Source of the DNA: Veleropilina oligotropha
Taxonomy: Eukaryota
Assembly: GCA_048128005.1 (NCBI GenBank)
Contig: JBEUKZ010000035.1
Span: 1-64,000 of the forward strand
Length of the DNA: 64,000 nucleotides
Direction: 5' to 3'
Below the pieces are notes generated by a model. That model saw only the letters and a list, made by a program, of their open reading frames with translations, was not told the origin of the DNA and did not search any database. Below are positions 1 to 12,795 of the stretch, one piece after another. Each line of letters starts with the position of its first letter. Position 1 is the stretch's first letter. The position numbers and the translations under genes are program-made.

Positions 1-469
1 ACGACTTATTATCTCGTGCGTGCGACTATTAAATTTGCTCATATTAGGCAAATCAGACGCCGATTAACCTATCAGACAATTATGTAACGCTTTATTTCGG
101 TTAATAATGATATTTGGTCATAGGCCTGCACATATTTGAAAATAATTGACTGCAAGATTGTGGGTGTAGTCGTTTAATTCATTTCAATTTAATTTATTAT
201 CCGAAATACGTATGTTCAGCGTAATATTATAGCATGACGGGCATGGACAATTTCTTACAGAAAAGAGGCATCGGTACAGAAATAGTTAAAAGATAAGAGA
301 TGAAAAGGCATACGAGGATCCGGGGGGGGGGGTAAAGGGGTGTGTGCCCCTCTTTAAAATAAATCAAGGGGCGAATGCCTCCACCCCTCCCTATCAGAGA
401 GATCTTCTTGAAATACATTGAAACTCTTTCAAAACTGTTTCATTTGAAACATCTGAAAAGTACATGAGA

Positions 470-1249
470 TGCTTAGAATGCACCATCATACATCGTTTGG
501 CTTCTGGGGCCCGCTATAGCATGTCTCAGTCTGAACGCCACATATAGTGGCTTCGCACCTTTGGCGCTAGCAATCTTTATCTTTATTTACTGCTTGAAAA
601 TTAGAGCGCCGACTATCATGAAAAGCTGTATTTTAGTTTCAGGTGACGCTTAGAATGCGCCATATTACATAAAAAACCGTTTGGTTTATAACGGGCCCCA
701 GTCCCCACGTCGCAGTGGATTCGCGGCTGCGCGCCTTCGGCGCTAGCAATCTTTATTTACTCCTTGAAAATTTGAGCCCCCAGTATAATGAAAAGCTGGG
801 GTTTAAGTTAGAGGAGACGAGTAGAACGCACCATCTTATATCAAAAATCGTTTGGCTTCTCAGGGGACCTGCTATAGCACCCCACGTCGTAGTGGCTTCT
901 CGGCTACGGCGCTCGCGGATGCGCGCCTTCGGTGCTAGCAATGTTTGTTTACTCCTTGGAATTTTTTTTAGCCCCCCCCGTTATCATGGAAAGCTTGATT
1001 TTAAGTTACAGGAGACGCCGTAGTTATTTACTCTTTGAAAATTTAAGCCACCCATCATGATAAGCTGGATTTTTACTTACAATGCAACCCATATTACATC
1101 AAAAACCGTTTTGGTTATGGGGTCTTACAGCGGGCCCCACGCCGTAGTGGCTTCGCACCTACGTCTGCGGCCCTTCGGTGCTAGCAATCTCTATTTACTT
1201 CTTGAAAATTTTACACTCCCCATATTATGAAAAGTTAGATACGCCTCTG
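470..1249 (+). repeat. Degenerate tandem repeat (~120-200 bp units), probably the interior of a non-autonomous DNA transposon
   Basis: Motif gccttcgg(c/t)gctagcaat...tttactccttgaaaattt...atgaaaagct recurs at ~560, 735, 925, 1025 (partial) and 1170. Confidence 0.7.
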
Positions 1250-1331
1250 CAATTTTACGGATGATTTGAATGTCACTGTTTATAAAAGTAAAGCGCTAAA
1301 CGGTGGTTTGACAGGATAATCATCGCCTCGA

Positions 1332-1695
1332 TGTTCCTAATAACAGCAAGATTTAAGTTATAAGTACGAGCTAAAAAGTCGTACGTACGAGATATTAAGT
1401 CGTACGTACGAGATAATAAGTTGTACGTACGATATAATAAGTCGTGTGTACGAGATAATAAGTCGTACGTACAAGATAATAAGTCGTACGTGCGAGATAT
1501 TAAGTCGTAAGCATGTTCCTAATAACAGCAAGATTTAAGTTATAAGTACGAGCTAAAAAGTCGTACGTACGATATATTAACTCGTACGTATGGGATAATA
1601 AGTCGTACGTACGAAATAATAAGTCGTACGTACGAGATATTAAGTCGTACGTACGAGATAATAAGTCGTACGTACGAGAAATTAAGTCGTGCGAA
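1332..1695. repeat. 21-bp minisatellite (aagtcgtacgtacgagataat) inside a 181-bp block duplication
   Basis: Units have a palindromic core tcgtacgtacga; header atgttcctaataacagcaagatttaagttataagtacgagc occurs at 1332 and 1513. Confidence 0.9.
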
Positions 1696-1725
1696 CGACA
1701 TATTATTATTTGTTCTACACATTAA

Positions 1726-2179
1726 AGAGACTATTGCCCGTAAATGCGCTCTTTCACACGAGTTGCCTCTGGTACGAATTGTCCTGACTCCCTCTATCGC
1801 CCGGTTCGCGCAGATTGATACAAATTTCGCGAGGATATGATCGATATATGATCAAATGATAGACATTTATTGAAATTATTATTGTAAATGAGCAATATAT
1901 GTTATTGTCAAGTAGAAAGCTATCTTACTTGACGAGCAGAAACCAACGCAACTGTGCTCCAATTTGGTCAATTGGAAATTTTCTCGGTGCGAGGTAATTA
2001 AACGCGGACCGCGTTTTATTATTTTTAAATATTCAACAGCGATTAGTTTAAACGGTAGAAAATTACTGACGAAAGTTGAGTGTTGAAAATTCCTAACTGT
2101 TTACGTTATAAACAAAAAGTGTAATGCCGTTAGTTTTCTTTTTTAAAATGAAAGAGCGCATTTACGGGCAATAGTCTCT
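1726..2179 (+). mobile_element. Non-autonomous TIR element (MITE) with TTAA target duplication, Kolobok-like
   Basis: TIR agagactattgcccgtaaatgcgctcttt / aaagagcgcatttacgggcaatagtctct, TTAA on both sides, AG termini; further copies at 10024 and 49913. Confidence 0.85.
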
Positions 2180-2689
2180 TTAAGTAAAGCTGTACTCTTC
2201 CCATTAACTAGGGTGAAATTGTAATACAGAGAAGATTCTTTATAATGACATAGTTGGTTCCCAGGCATTTTGTCATTAAAACGAATATGTCTGGGCCCGC
2301 TTACTCAAAGCTCCTTAACTTAAGATTTTCCTCAAATCGTTCTATTTCCTCAAGTTAAGGACGTCACGTCCACAGATGAAAAGTAGGGGAGATAACTCCC
2401 TCGTTACATTATAGTTGTTTTAAATGAGCAAAGAAAGCGAAATTAAAAGTTTAAATACTTTATTTACAATTATCATGGCGTATTACATAGATATTTACAT
2501 TTATTTTCAACACATCATAGCTAATTATACAGATAAATACATGTACATGTGTCGATGACAGGCTTGTATTAATAATTATTATTCTTGCCGCTTTCGTTTC
2601 AACGACAAAAAAGCAGACGTCGAAGATTGAACTGTTTTCTTTTCATTTGTACAACAATTATTACATACCTTTATGTCACCAAGTGCTCC

Positions 2690-2860
2690 ATTTCAAACTT
2701 GTGGAGTTAACAGGCACAGGTATCCGTGACTGGCCGGGGCGGGTGGGTTTTCCGGGATAGGTATCCTGGCTTTCCTCCCACAATATAACACGGACATGTC
2801 TCATATGACCATAGCTGTTGAAACGGCACAGTAAACTCAATTCAATCAATCAATCAATCA
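2690..2860 (+). mobile_element. 5'-truncated SINE relative with a (TCAA)n tail
   Basis: Shares tccgtgactggccg...tttcctccc...ataacacggacatgtc with the SINE at 7877; ends in tcaatcaatcaatcaatcaa. Confidence 0.6.
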
Positions 2861-2984
2861 AATGTGTTTTCCTCACCATCCACCATCCCAGTAATAAAAC
2901 GGCAATGGAATAATTAAGCTCAAGTAAAGGATATGCACATGTTCAATATGCGGACACAATTTGATTGAATTTATTGAAACGCTC

Positions 2985-3400
2985 ACTTTATAACGCGGAA
3001 GCTGCACGTTATAATGTGAAAACTCCACGTTATAACGTGGAAGCTGCACGTTATAACGTGGAACCTCCACGTTATAACGTGGAAGCTGCACGTTATAACG
3101 TGGAACCTGCACGTTACAACGTGGAAGCTGCACGTTATAACGTGGAAGCTGCACGTTATAACGTGGAAGCTGTACGTTATAACGTGGAAGCTGTACGTTA
3201 TAACGTGGAAGCTGCATGTTATAACGTGGAACCTGCACGTTATAACGTGGAACCTGCACGTTATAACGTGGAAGCTGCACGTTATAACGTGGAAGCTGTA
3301 CGTTATAACGTGGAACCTGCATGTTATAACGTGGAACCTCCACGTTATAACGTGGAAGCTGCACGTTATAACGTGGAAGCTGCACGTTATAACGTGGAAC
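2985..3400. repeat. 21-bp minisatellite (cacgttataacgtggaagctg), about 20 units
   Basis: Palindromic core cacgttataacgtg; the array resumes at 5678-5820 beyond an inserted transposon. Confidence 0.95.
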
Positions 3401-3811
3401 ATACACGAATCGAATGATGTACTCTTCGGGTGTTAAACCACCTTGAAATTACGGAGCCGTTAAAGGGACATGTGATAAAAATATAATAAATTAACTGTTT
3501 TGAATACATTCGCACGGTTTCGAATCCATTCCCACAGATTAATCAATCCATTCGCACAGATTGCAAACCGTTCGCACGGTTTTGAATCCGTTCCCACAGA
3601 TTACCCAATATATTCGCACGGATTGCAATCCGTTCGCACGGTTTCGAATCCGCTGGCACGGTTTGTAATCCTTTCGCACGGTTTCGAATCCGTTCCCACG
3701 ACTAAAATCACACTTACGAAAGATCAGTCTATATACCTATAGTCATAGCTTCGGAATTGCAGTAGTGTAGACGTACACACATACGCATAGGTAGATACCT
3801 TGTTCTTAAAA

Positions 3812-4160
3812 ATGAATTTGAAAGAAAAATTCAATGTTATTGCGCATTATTTTGAAGTTGGTTTAAAATATCTGTATATATGCCATGCAATCTGTCATGG
3901 AGAAATAATATCGGGCAGGCATTTGAAAAGGTACTTCAAAGCGATGTGTGTCTGTCGTCGCAAGCAATACAGCAACATCGGGGATATCTTAGATTTTATT
4001 CAAAAGGAAATCCAAGAAAGTGGACGCCTTCATGGATATCGTTGGATGCACGAGAAATGTCGTGAAAATGACATACATTGTAAGCAGGAAGATGTCCGCA
4101 TTAATATGGGTATTCTTGACCCCGAGGGTATGGTGCAGAGACGCAAAAGACGGCTTCTAC
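3812..4160 (+). pseudogene. N-terminal fragment of an IS3EU/IS3-like transposase
   Basis: GYRWMHEKC...VRINMGILDPEGMVQRRKRRL matches the segment preceding the DDE core in this family; the core itself is missing. Confidence 0.65.
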
Positions 4161-4762
4161 AGTGGTGCGCATGTATGAGCTATTTACACCCTGACGACAG
4201 GAGTGATGAATGACACCTCTATTTGGCTTACAACCATTAAATCAGAACCTGAAAGGGAGAAAATGACATTCAAAAATTAGTAGGACATGGATGTACGTTG
4301 AGATGTATACCAACATGTGCTTCTGACATATTTTTGCCTGTATTGTATGCTTTTTGACCACTTTAACTATCTTTCAGTGACATCGCTTTGACGATCATCG
4401 GTTTAACGTCTCCATTCGAACAGATGGACAATGTACGCTATGGTCGGCTATTATATGAATGCGGGTAAATCTTTTGTCCCATTTAATGCACGGTATCGGG
4501 TCATTTCGGGATTAGTCCGTATTGTTGTGGAAAGAAGCGCGGATTAACCGGTGAAACCACGCTCCTCGGTCGATTTTGGTCAACTGTGTCTGATAACATC
4601 GCAATATATCCGAGAGTATTTCAAGCCACACATCGAAGCCAGTGCATACAGGCCAAGTAGATTTAGCACATTCCCCCAACCCATTCGGACACCGTGCGCC
4701 CGCTATAATGGGAAAACATTTATACATAGGGTATAAATAAGTGTAAATAACATACCAGTAAC

Positions 4763-5170
4763 AAATATGAAAACCATAGGTCCAGCGGTTCGTCTTCTAT
4801 TTGACAGAAATCAATCTTCCAAATCCAGATTGGAAATACACGAAAACGACCTTGACCTTTATCAATTGAAACCATCGCTAAAATTAGGCAAGGCCTGGTT
4901 GTGTACAAGGTGTATACCAAATATGAAAAGCGTAGGTTCAACTGTTCGTCTTCTATTTGACAGAAATCAATCTTTAAGTCCAGATTGGAAATACACGAAA
5001 ACGACCTTGACCTTTATCAATTGACCCCATCTCTGAACTTAGGCAAAGCCTGGTGGTATACAAGGTGTTTGCTAAATATGAAAATCGTAGGTCCAACGGT
5101 TCGTCTTCTATTTGACAGAAAGCAATCTTTAAGTTCAGATTGGAAATACACGAAAATGACCTTGACCTTA
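4763..5170 (+). repeat. 156-bp tandem repeat (~2.6 copies) inside the IS3EU-like element
   Basis: aaatatgaaaa...gttcgtcttctatttgacagaaa...cagattggaaatacacgaaaa starts at 4763, 4919 and 5075. Confidence 0.9.
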
Positions 5171-5677
5171 CAATGTATGTCATTTCCACGACATTTCCAT
5201 GAAGTTGACCCCTTCCTTGGCTCATTTATTGGCTCATGCACATGTATACAAATAAATATTCATTCCGTGAAAGATATACTTGTATTTAGTATTAGTATTT
5301 TACAGTTCAGTTCAATTTGAAGGAGTGCATGCAACATACGATGAGGTCGTGCTCCGGGATTTCAATCTCAATATGTGCGAACGGATTGCAATCAGTGAGA
5401 ACGGATTCGAAACAGGCGAACGGATTCGAAACCGTGCGAACGGATTGCAATCCGTGAGAATAGATTGGGTAATATGTGGGAATGGATTCAAAACCGTGCG
5501 AACGGTTTGTAATCTGTGCGAATGGATTGAGTAATCTATGAGATTGGATTCGAAATCATGCGAATGTATTCAAAACTGTTACCACGGATTACTTTATTAT
5601 ATTTTTCTCACATGTCCCTTCAACGGCTCCGTATGAAATAAATATCGAAGAGACTGCTTTATATCAAGTGGAAGGTA

Positions 5678-5820
5678 CACGTTATAACGTGGAAGCTGCA
5701 CGTTATAACGTGGAAGCTGCACGTTATAACGTGGAAGCTGCACGTTATAACGTGGAAGCTGTACGTTATAACGTGGAAGCTGTACGTTATAACGTGGAAG
5801 CTGTACGTTATAACGTGGAA
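5678..5820. repeat. Continuation of the 21-bp cacgttataacgtggaagctg minisatellite
   Basis: About 7 units identical to the 2985-3400 array; followed by ...ggctttcgta, a possible RTA terminus of a host element. Confidence 0.9.
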
Positions 5821-6181
5821 ATATTATTTTTTTTACATTCGAATGTGAACCATCCGGCTTTCGTAAATATCGCTGTCAGCTAACATCAATATAACCAGCA
5901 ACAAAGCATAAGTGTGCAAACAAGTGCAATGAGCATTGTATAAGCACTCTTTGAAAACCGAACAATTTTAAGTAAATTTCTATGTCCCAAAACACCAATT
6001 GCACAAACACAAATATAAATATATGTACACCCTCATACAATTGACTGCATCAGATGTTGTCATGGTCCGCTGACATAGGTCTCATTATACATCAGTCATA
6101 TTATCTTTGGTTCTGTAACTAGTAGGTGTAGTTTACGGCTACTTGAAAGTGAAAATGTCTCTCTCATTGCACCAATCATCC

Positions 6182-7270
6182 TTATGAACTTTCTTCTATA
6201 TGGTTTGACATGTGGATCCTGAAACTCGGTGTGTATGAAAATTTCTGAGTACACACACTGCATTGGTGCGGTTTCTCTCCAGTATGGATTCGCATGTGTG
6301 TCTTAAGACTACCGGCTTGTGAAAACGTCTTATTGCACATTTTGCATTGATACGGTTTCTCTCCAGTATGGATACGCATGTGTGTCTTAAGATCACCTGC
6401 TTGTGAAAATGTCTTATTACACATTTTGCATTGATACGGTTTCTCTCCAGTATGGATACGCATGTGTGTCTTAAGATGAGCTGCTCGTGCAAACGTCTTA
6501 TTACACATTTTGCATTGATACGGTTTCTCTCCAGTATGGATTCGCATGTGTGCCTGAAGTTGACTTGCTTGTGAAAATGCGTTGCTACACAAAACACATT
6601 GATACGGTTTCTCGCCAGTATGGACTCGTGTGTGCCTCCTAAGAGTACTTCCATCTGAAAACTTCTTATTACACAAAACACAATGATATCGTTTTTCTCC
6701 AGTATGAATCATCATGTGCTTCTTAAGATTATGCGATATTGAAAATGTCTTATAACACATACCACATTTATACGGTTTCTCTCCAGTATGGATACGCATG
6801 TGCAACTTAAGATTATGCGATAGTGTAAATGTCTTATAACACATATCACATTTATACGGTTTCTCTCCAGTATGGATATGCATGTGCAACTTAAGATTAT
6901 GGGATAGTGTAAATGTCTTATAACACATATCACATTTATACGGTTTCTCTCCAGTATGGATACGCATGTGTGTCTTAAGAGAAGTTGCTTGTGCAAATGT
7001 CTTATTACACATTTTGCACTGATACGACTTCTCTCCAGTATGGACAAACATGTGCCTCTTAAGACTACTTGCTAGTGAAAACGTCTTACTACACAAACCA
7101 CATTGATACGGTTTCTCACCAGTATGAACTAGCATGTGCCGCTTAACATCGTATATTTTTGAAAATGTCTGAGTGCACACCCCACATTGAAACGGTTTCT
7201 TTCCAGTTTGAACTATTATATTTGTCTTTGCAGATGACATCATGATGCGTCTGGAAATTTCTGCTAGCAC
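6182..7270 (-). CDS. Tandem C2H2 zinc-finger exon (12 fingers); upstream part of the exon is degenerate
   Basis: 12 CxxC...HxxxH units with HTGEKPY linkers; decayed fingers at 7290-7480; candidate splice acceptor ttttgtag near 7750 homologous to the one near 51106. Confidence 0.85.
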   Translation of the reverse strand: MLAEISRRIMMSSAKTNIIVQTGKKPFQCGVCTQTFSKIYDVKRHMLVHTGEKPYQCGLCSKTFSLASSLKRHMFVHTGEKSYQCKMCNKTFAQATSLKTHMRIHTGEKPYKCDMCYKTFTLSHNLKLHMHIHTGEKPYKCDMCYKTFTLSHNLKLHMRIHTGEKPYKCGMCYKTFSISHNLKKHMMIHTGEKRYHCVLCNKKFSDGSTLRRHTRVHTGEKPYQCVLCSNAFSQASQLQAHMRIHTGEKPYQCKMCNKTFARAAHLKTHMRIHTGEKPYQCKMCNKTFSQAGDLKTHMRIHTGEKPYQCKMCNKTFSQAGSLKTHMRIHTGEKPHQCSVCTQKFSYTPSFRIHMSNHIEESS

Positions 7271-7876
7271 ACATAGGATTGTCTTCGATGCGATTTATCT
7301 TCTGTATGGATTACTATGTGCGTCTTAAGACTACTTTAATTTGAAAACATCTGATTGCACACAACACATTGATATGGTGTTCTCCCAGTGTGGGCGTGGC
7401 TTTCATCAGGTTTGAACGACTGAAAATGTCTCGTCACACAAATAACATTGCGTTGATTTATCCCATGTCCAGTATTCATAAACTGTCGCTCATGTGGACT
7501 ACCGAGGTATGTAGACGTCTTGGCACATAGTGATACGTTCAGTCAATTGCACTGGGCGCATAATTCCTTATTTATGTGGTGTTTATTGGGTCGTCATTTA
7601 TCATTTGAGTAAATTATCAGTTACACATTGTTCACTGAGCTTTCATATTTGTTGTTAACACACCACGTGACTTGGTCCGCAACACACTGACGGTGCTCAC
7701 CTATTCATTTGAAATTGACATTATTTCAGTTGTCACTGTTGTATCTAGTCCTACAAAAAAAAATTAATCATGAAATTATGAATAAATAATTAAAACAAGG
7801 GCAATAATAGGAGATTGCAAACCATTGCCCCGGGCTAAGGAATATGATGGTGATAGTCAGAAATGTGAACTAACAA

Positions 7877-8140
7877 GGCCGCTTCGGTAGCGCAGTGGGT
7901 AGAGTGTCCACTCTAACTTTATTGGCTTGTTTCCGCTGACGCGAGCAGTAGTGGGATCGACCCCCGGCTGAGGCAGCACACATTTGTTCAAGTTATGAAG
8001 CACAGTTGTCCGTGACTGGCCGAAGAGGGCGGGTTTACCCGGCGACCGGGGTTTCCTCCCGCGATAACACGGACATGTCCTGCCTTGAACCTCGATGTTA
8101 TAAACATACAGGACATTAAGCATAATTCCTCCATTCCTCC
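7877..8140 (+). mobile_element. tRNA-derived SINE
   Basis: A box tagcgcagtgg, B box-like gggatcgacc, attcctcc tail, 11-bp TSD TGAACTAACAA; copies at 10353, 16459 and 9530 (minus). Confidence 0.9.
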
Positions 8141-9529
8141 TGAACTAACAATATTTCTGAACACGAATTACAATAATAAAATAATAGTAATCACAAATCG
8201 TAACAAAACAATACATAAATATTTTGCAGGTAACGGAAATCGAACCGGTGACATCAAAATTTCACGACCAACGCCTTACATGTTTGCGCTATATAGACAT
8301 ACGTACGGAGTTATATTTGGAGTACCATTTTTTAATATGAAAATGTTGCCCAAGTTGACAATACTTAACTCACAATAACTCAATCGTTAGTAAAGAGATA
8401 TACCTGAAATGTTCAGCAAACTTTAAGGTAGACTATCATAACCTTAAGCTTGATTAGTGGTGTAAATTATTATTATAACACAGTATTATCAGTATTTAAA
8501 TATTTATTACAACTGTCACAAAGTGTATCGATAAGAGTTGTAGATTATATCCCACTCTGTCACTTGTTAAAATTTGATACGCCTCTCTCTGGTGTCAGTT
8601 GTTTTCGATTTACGTCCATTAGGTGCATTTTGCTTTGCTTGATTCCTAAAATGTTTATAACACTCACATTTCACCTTATTTTCCAAATATTTTTGCTGAT
8701 ATCAATATAATTTACACAATTTAATTAGATTTGGGAATTTAGAAATTGACCCCTTCTTATAAAAAAATTGAAATTCTGCTGGCGGCCATCTTGAACGATT
8801 TAGATTATATTTAATTCATGATATCATTGTCCACTGATCTACAGAACATTTTTAGCATAATTTGAAGTTTGTACGATGAAGCGCTTTAACGCTACAGACG
8901 AAAATCTGAACACCGGACATTGCGTCAATCATTAAATCCGGACACGGATCGAGATTGGGACCATCTTCTAGGAGGACTGATTGATACTATTACACCATAC
9001 CGGTGCCTTGTTTGCAAATTTGAAGAAAATCGGATCAATACCTTTTGAGTTATGCGAATGGATATATACATACATGTACATACATACTGAGCCGATTGTG
9101 AGGTTAGCAACATCCCTGCAAAAAAGCTATACCAGGGCTAAAATGTACACAGTCTGCATATGCACGGGATGCCAAAACTGTAATGAAATACGCAATATTT
9201 ACAGTAATAGTGAACGGCATTAAAAATATTTGGTTGCCTTACTTTAATATATATATTATTATTAATAATATATGTTACTAACTTTAAACAGTTAATACGA
9301 TTACTGAGATCAATAAAAAATTATTAAAGATCAATCATTAATATTTATAATTAAACATTCATTCTTCCACCACATATTATGATACCCTGAATAATTTCCA
9401 AATTGAGGAAGTGAGAACCAAAGTCTACTAACTCCATATATTAGTGTTAAATCAATATATGATAATAAACCTCGTTTTGTTTTGTTCATATAGAAAGGAA
9501 CGGAAAGGATCCATGCTTATAATAATATA

Positions 9530-9760
9530 TCCTGTGCATTTACAACTATCAGGTTCAAAGCTGGACATGCCCATATTATCGATGGAGGAAAACCCGGAAG
9601 ATGGGCAAAATCCATCTCTATGACCAGTAACGGGCAACAGTGATTCATAACTTGAACAAATAATGCCATGTCCCTACCGAGATTCGAACCCACCACTGTT
9701 CATGTTAACGGAATGCAGCCAGTGATTTCAGAGTCTGCAGTGAAACCATACGAGCGGTCT
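9530..9760 (-). mobile_element. Diverged copy of the same SINE family
   Basis: Reverse complement contains acagtggtgggttcgaatc and tttgttcaagttatgaatcac, as in the 10353 copy. Confidence 0.7.
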
Positions 9761-10023
9761 TTGCTCATAGAAATAACTATAGTAATAAGGTAAACTTTAA
9801 AATAGACGAAATCTACTATAATATTTATACTATAAATTTTATGCGATATATAGTATAAATATTATAGTATATTTCGTGCTCAGAAGTAAAGGGTTTTGTT
9901 TAATTGCAGGTTTATAATAATTAATGTATTTTAATGAAGAGAATAATTGAACAAAACCCTGAGCACCTTTTGTTAACATGATATTATACTACAGTATATT
10001 ACTATTATTACTGTCAATATTAA

Positions 10024-10727
10024 AGAGACTATTTCCTGTAAATTCACGAGTTGTCCTGACTCCCTCTATCGCACGGTTCGCGCAGATTGATACAAATTTC
10101 GCGAAGATATGATCGATATATGATCAAATGATAGACTTTTATTTAAATTATTAAATATTGTAACTGGGCAATATATGTTATTGTCAAGTAGAAAGCTATC
10201 TTACTTGACGAGCAGAAACCAACGCAACTGTGCTCCAACTAGATCAATTGGAAATGAACTCGGTGCGAGGTAATTAAACGCGGACCACCTTTTATTATTT
10301 TTACATATTCAGTAGCGATTAATTTAAACGGTAGTAAATTACTGACGAAAGTGGCCGCTTCGGCAGCGCAGTGGGAAAGAGGGTCCACTCTAAATTCACT
10401 GGCTTGATTCCGCTAATGCGAACAGTGGTGGGTTCAATACCTGGCTGAGGCATTGACATTTGTTCAAGTTATGAATCACAGTTGTCAGCGACTGGCCGAA
10501 GAGAGCGGGTTTACCCGGGTGACCAGGGTTTCCTCCCGCGATAACACGGACATGTCCTGCCATGAACCTCGATGTTGTAAATATACAGGACATTAAGCAT
10601 CATTCCTCCCTCACTGACAAAAGTTGATTGTTGAAAACTCCTAACTTTTTATGTTATAAACAAAAAGTGCAATGCTGTTAGTTTTCTTTTTAAAAAAGAA
10701 AGAGCGCATTTACGGGCAATAGTCTCT
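10024..10727 (+). mobile_element. Kolobok-like TTAA MITE interrupted by a SINE
   Basis: Same TIRs and interior as 1726-2179; TTAA on both sides. Confidence 0.85.
10353..10612 (+). mobile_element. tRNA-derived SINE
   Basis: Homologous to 7877-8140; TSD actgac(g/a)aaagt. Confidence 0.9.
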
Positions 10728-10734
10728 TTAAGAT

Positions 10735-12577
10735 ATTCACTGGAGCACATTGTTCTCTCCAAAATAATGGACCACTTTGAGCGGAACCACATTCTCACAG
10801 ACAGACAACATGGTTTCCGACCCCACAGAAGCTGTGATACACAGTTGCTATCTCTCACACAAGAACTACATCGCAGACTTGAGAACAAAAAAACAAGTCG
10901 ACATGATTGTGCTTGACTTTTCCAAAGCATTTGACAAAGTACTGCATCAACGCCTTTTGAAAAAGCTACACAATTTAAAATATGGGATACATGGGGATAA
11001 CCACAAATGGATTCAGGCATTCCTAACAGACCGCACACAGCGAGTTGTCGTCGACGGAGAGACATCAGAGTGGGCTCCAGTTGAATCGGTTGTACCACAG
11101 GGTACCGTCCCTGGACAGATCTTATTCCTGGCCCTCATCAACAACTTACCATCCATAGTCAAATCCCCAATCAGATTATTTGCTGCTGATGCTGTCATAC
11201 ACCGTGAAGTAACATCCTCACAAGACTGAGACGAATTACAGCGTAACATTCATGAATTGGAGAAAACATGGGGTATGCAATTCAACTCGACTAAGTGCAA
11301 TATCATCACCATCACCCGGAAACGTTCTACAATCAAACACGAGTACATCCTTAATAACCACGCACTGGAGCGAGTCAGCAGCACAAATACCTAGGAGTAG
11401 AGATAACATCAGACCTCACCTGGAAGAAGCACATCGACGCTACCACCAACAAAGCCAACAAAACACTGGGATTTGTCTGTCGAAATTTAAGAAATAACAA
11501 CCAAGAAGTGAGCGCAGCTGCTTATAAAGGCTTGGTTCGCTCTCACTTGGAGTACCGTAGCACTGTCTGGAACTCACATCACAAGAAGTGCATCAACAAG
11601 ATCGAAATGGTACAGAGGAGAGGAGCCAGATACATCACCAACAGGTATCATATTAACACCAGCTCCGTCACAGACATGCTACAACACCTACAGTGGGAAA
11701 CCCTCCAACAGCGACGTGCAAAGGCCAGAGTTTCCATGCTGTATAAAATACAACAAAATATAATCGCCATTGAAATAGATCCTTGCGCCATACGAATACC
11801 AGCAGTTTCACCCACTGCCTGTTCGCCCCGCAGGTTAGTTTGAAAATAGACCGTTCGCCCCCTATCTTTTATTTTAAGATATTAAACTATTAAGCTACAA
11901 ATTACATATATATTATACCGTAATTATAAGTAATTTATTTTCTCATTTCAGAATGTTTGGTGCGAGAGCCTCAAAGAAATAGAATCTTAAAATGATGTTT
12001 AAAGCTGTCGCTTTTAAATATATACATGCACACACACATATATATATATATTATATATGTAATTATATATATTATTATATATCATGTGATTTCCAGTGAC
12101 CACACAAACAAAACCTCGCAGATTTTCATAATATCGTCGTGTTCTAAATATATATAGACAAAAATACATCGACGCAGTAAAATGAAAAATATACAAGATA
12201 CAAAGAATCACCATAGACATACAATTTAATGTATATTAATTGAAGTACAAACCCTTGAGAATTTCAAAATATCGTGCACGCATTTAGAAAGTTGGAAGTA
12301 TTTTATTCATTCCAGCTTCAGTAGTATAATATTTCTGACAAAGAGAAACACAGAAATATAAACATTTATTATTTCATACAAAATATATATTACATTGGGG
12401 GGGGCAAAAGGCAGAGGGCGAACAGACGGGGGGCGAATGGTCTTGGGAACGAAACCGCTGGCTTCGGCGCCATGCCCTGCACCAGGACACGTGATCCAAA
12501 CAACAGACAGTTTCAACCAGTATATATGCAGGGACAGATGCATACAAATTCAGCATTTATCCCAGAACGATCATCCT
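10735..12577 (+). pseudogene. 5'-truncated, decayed CR1/L2-group LINE RT; its 3' end lies at ~27925-28072 on the minus strand
   Basis: LDFSKAFDKVLH, VPQGTV..LF, decayed FA(A)D, YKGLVRSHLEY..VW, IEMVQRRGARY and YPRTI motifs, with stops and frameshifts. Confidence 0.85.
11794..12465. mobile_element. MITE with imperfect TIRs inserted in the CR1-type LINE
   Basis: Ends gaataccagcagtttc / gaaaccgctggcttc; internal ttcgcccc / ggggcgaa inverted motifs; flanks gcgccatac / gcgccatgc resemble a ~9-bp TSD. Confidence 0.6.
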
Positions 12578-12795
12578 CAGTTAAATTGTGAATTTTTTGA
12601 ATTTTGATAACACCAAAATCGCGACGACGGCAGACCAGTCAACATCGTAGAAACTTTCTCGCGTTCAGAGACCAATTTCGTTAATGTTTAAACCGGCCCG
12701 TCGAGATACGCAAGTGACCCAAGTCACTAGTGTATGCTTGGCGTGTCGCCTTAAGCCTTGTCGTTACATTCGATCGCCGGTAAACAACGTACCCA

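Larger units (their letters stand above)
3450..5633 (+). mobile_element. Internally deleted IS3EU-like DNA transposon
   Basis: Long TIRs starting TACGGAGCCGTTAAAGGGACATGTGA and ending TCACATGTCCCTTCAACGGCTCCGTA; subterminal ttcgcacggtttcgaatcc repeats inverted at both ends; 6-bp TSD TGAAAT; TAY..RTA termini. Confidence 0.8.

Noticed and set aside
2873..3417. Repetitive ORFs (PRYNVQL, ARYNVEA) and a CRISPR-like look
   Set aside because: Translations of a 21-bp minisatellite; no unique spacers, no cas genes, eukaryotic context
6196..7047. Alternative-frame ORFs (ILERNRIN repeats), also at 51983-53203
   Set aside because: Shadow frames of the zinc-finger repeats
7877..7975. Possible tRNA genes at the SINE heads
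   Set aside because: A and B boxes are present but there is no full cloverleaf; each continues into a SINE body with tail and TSD
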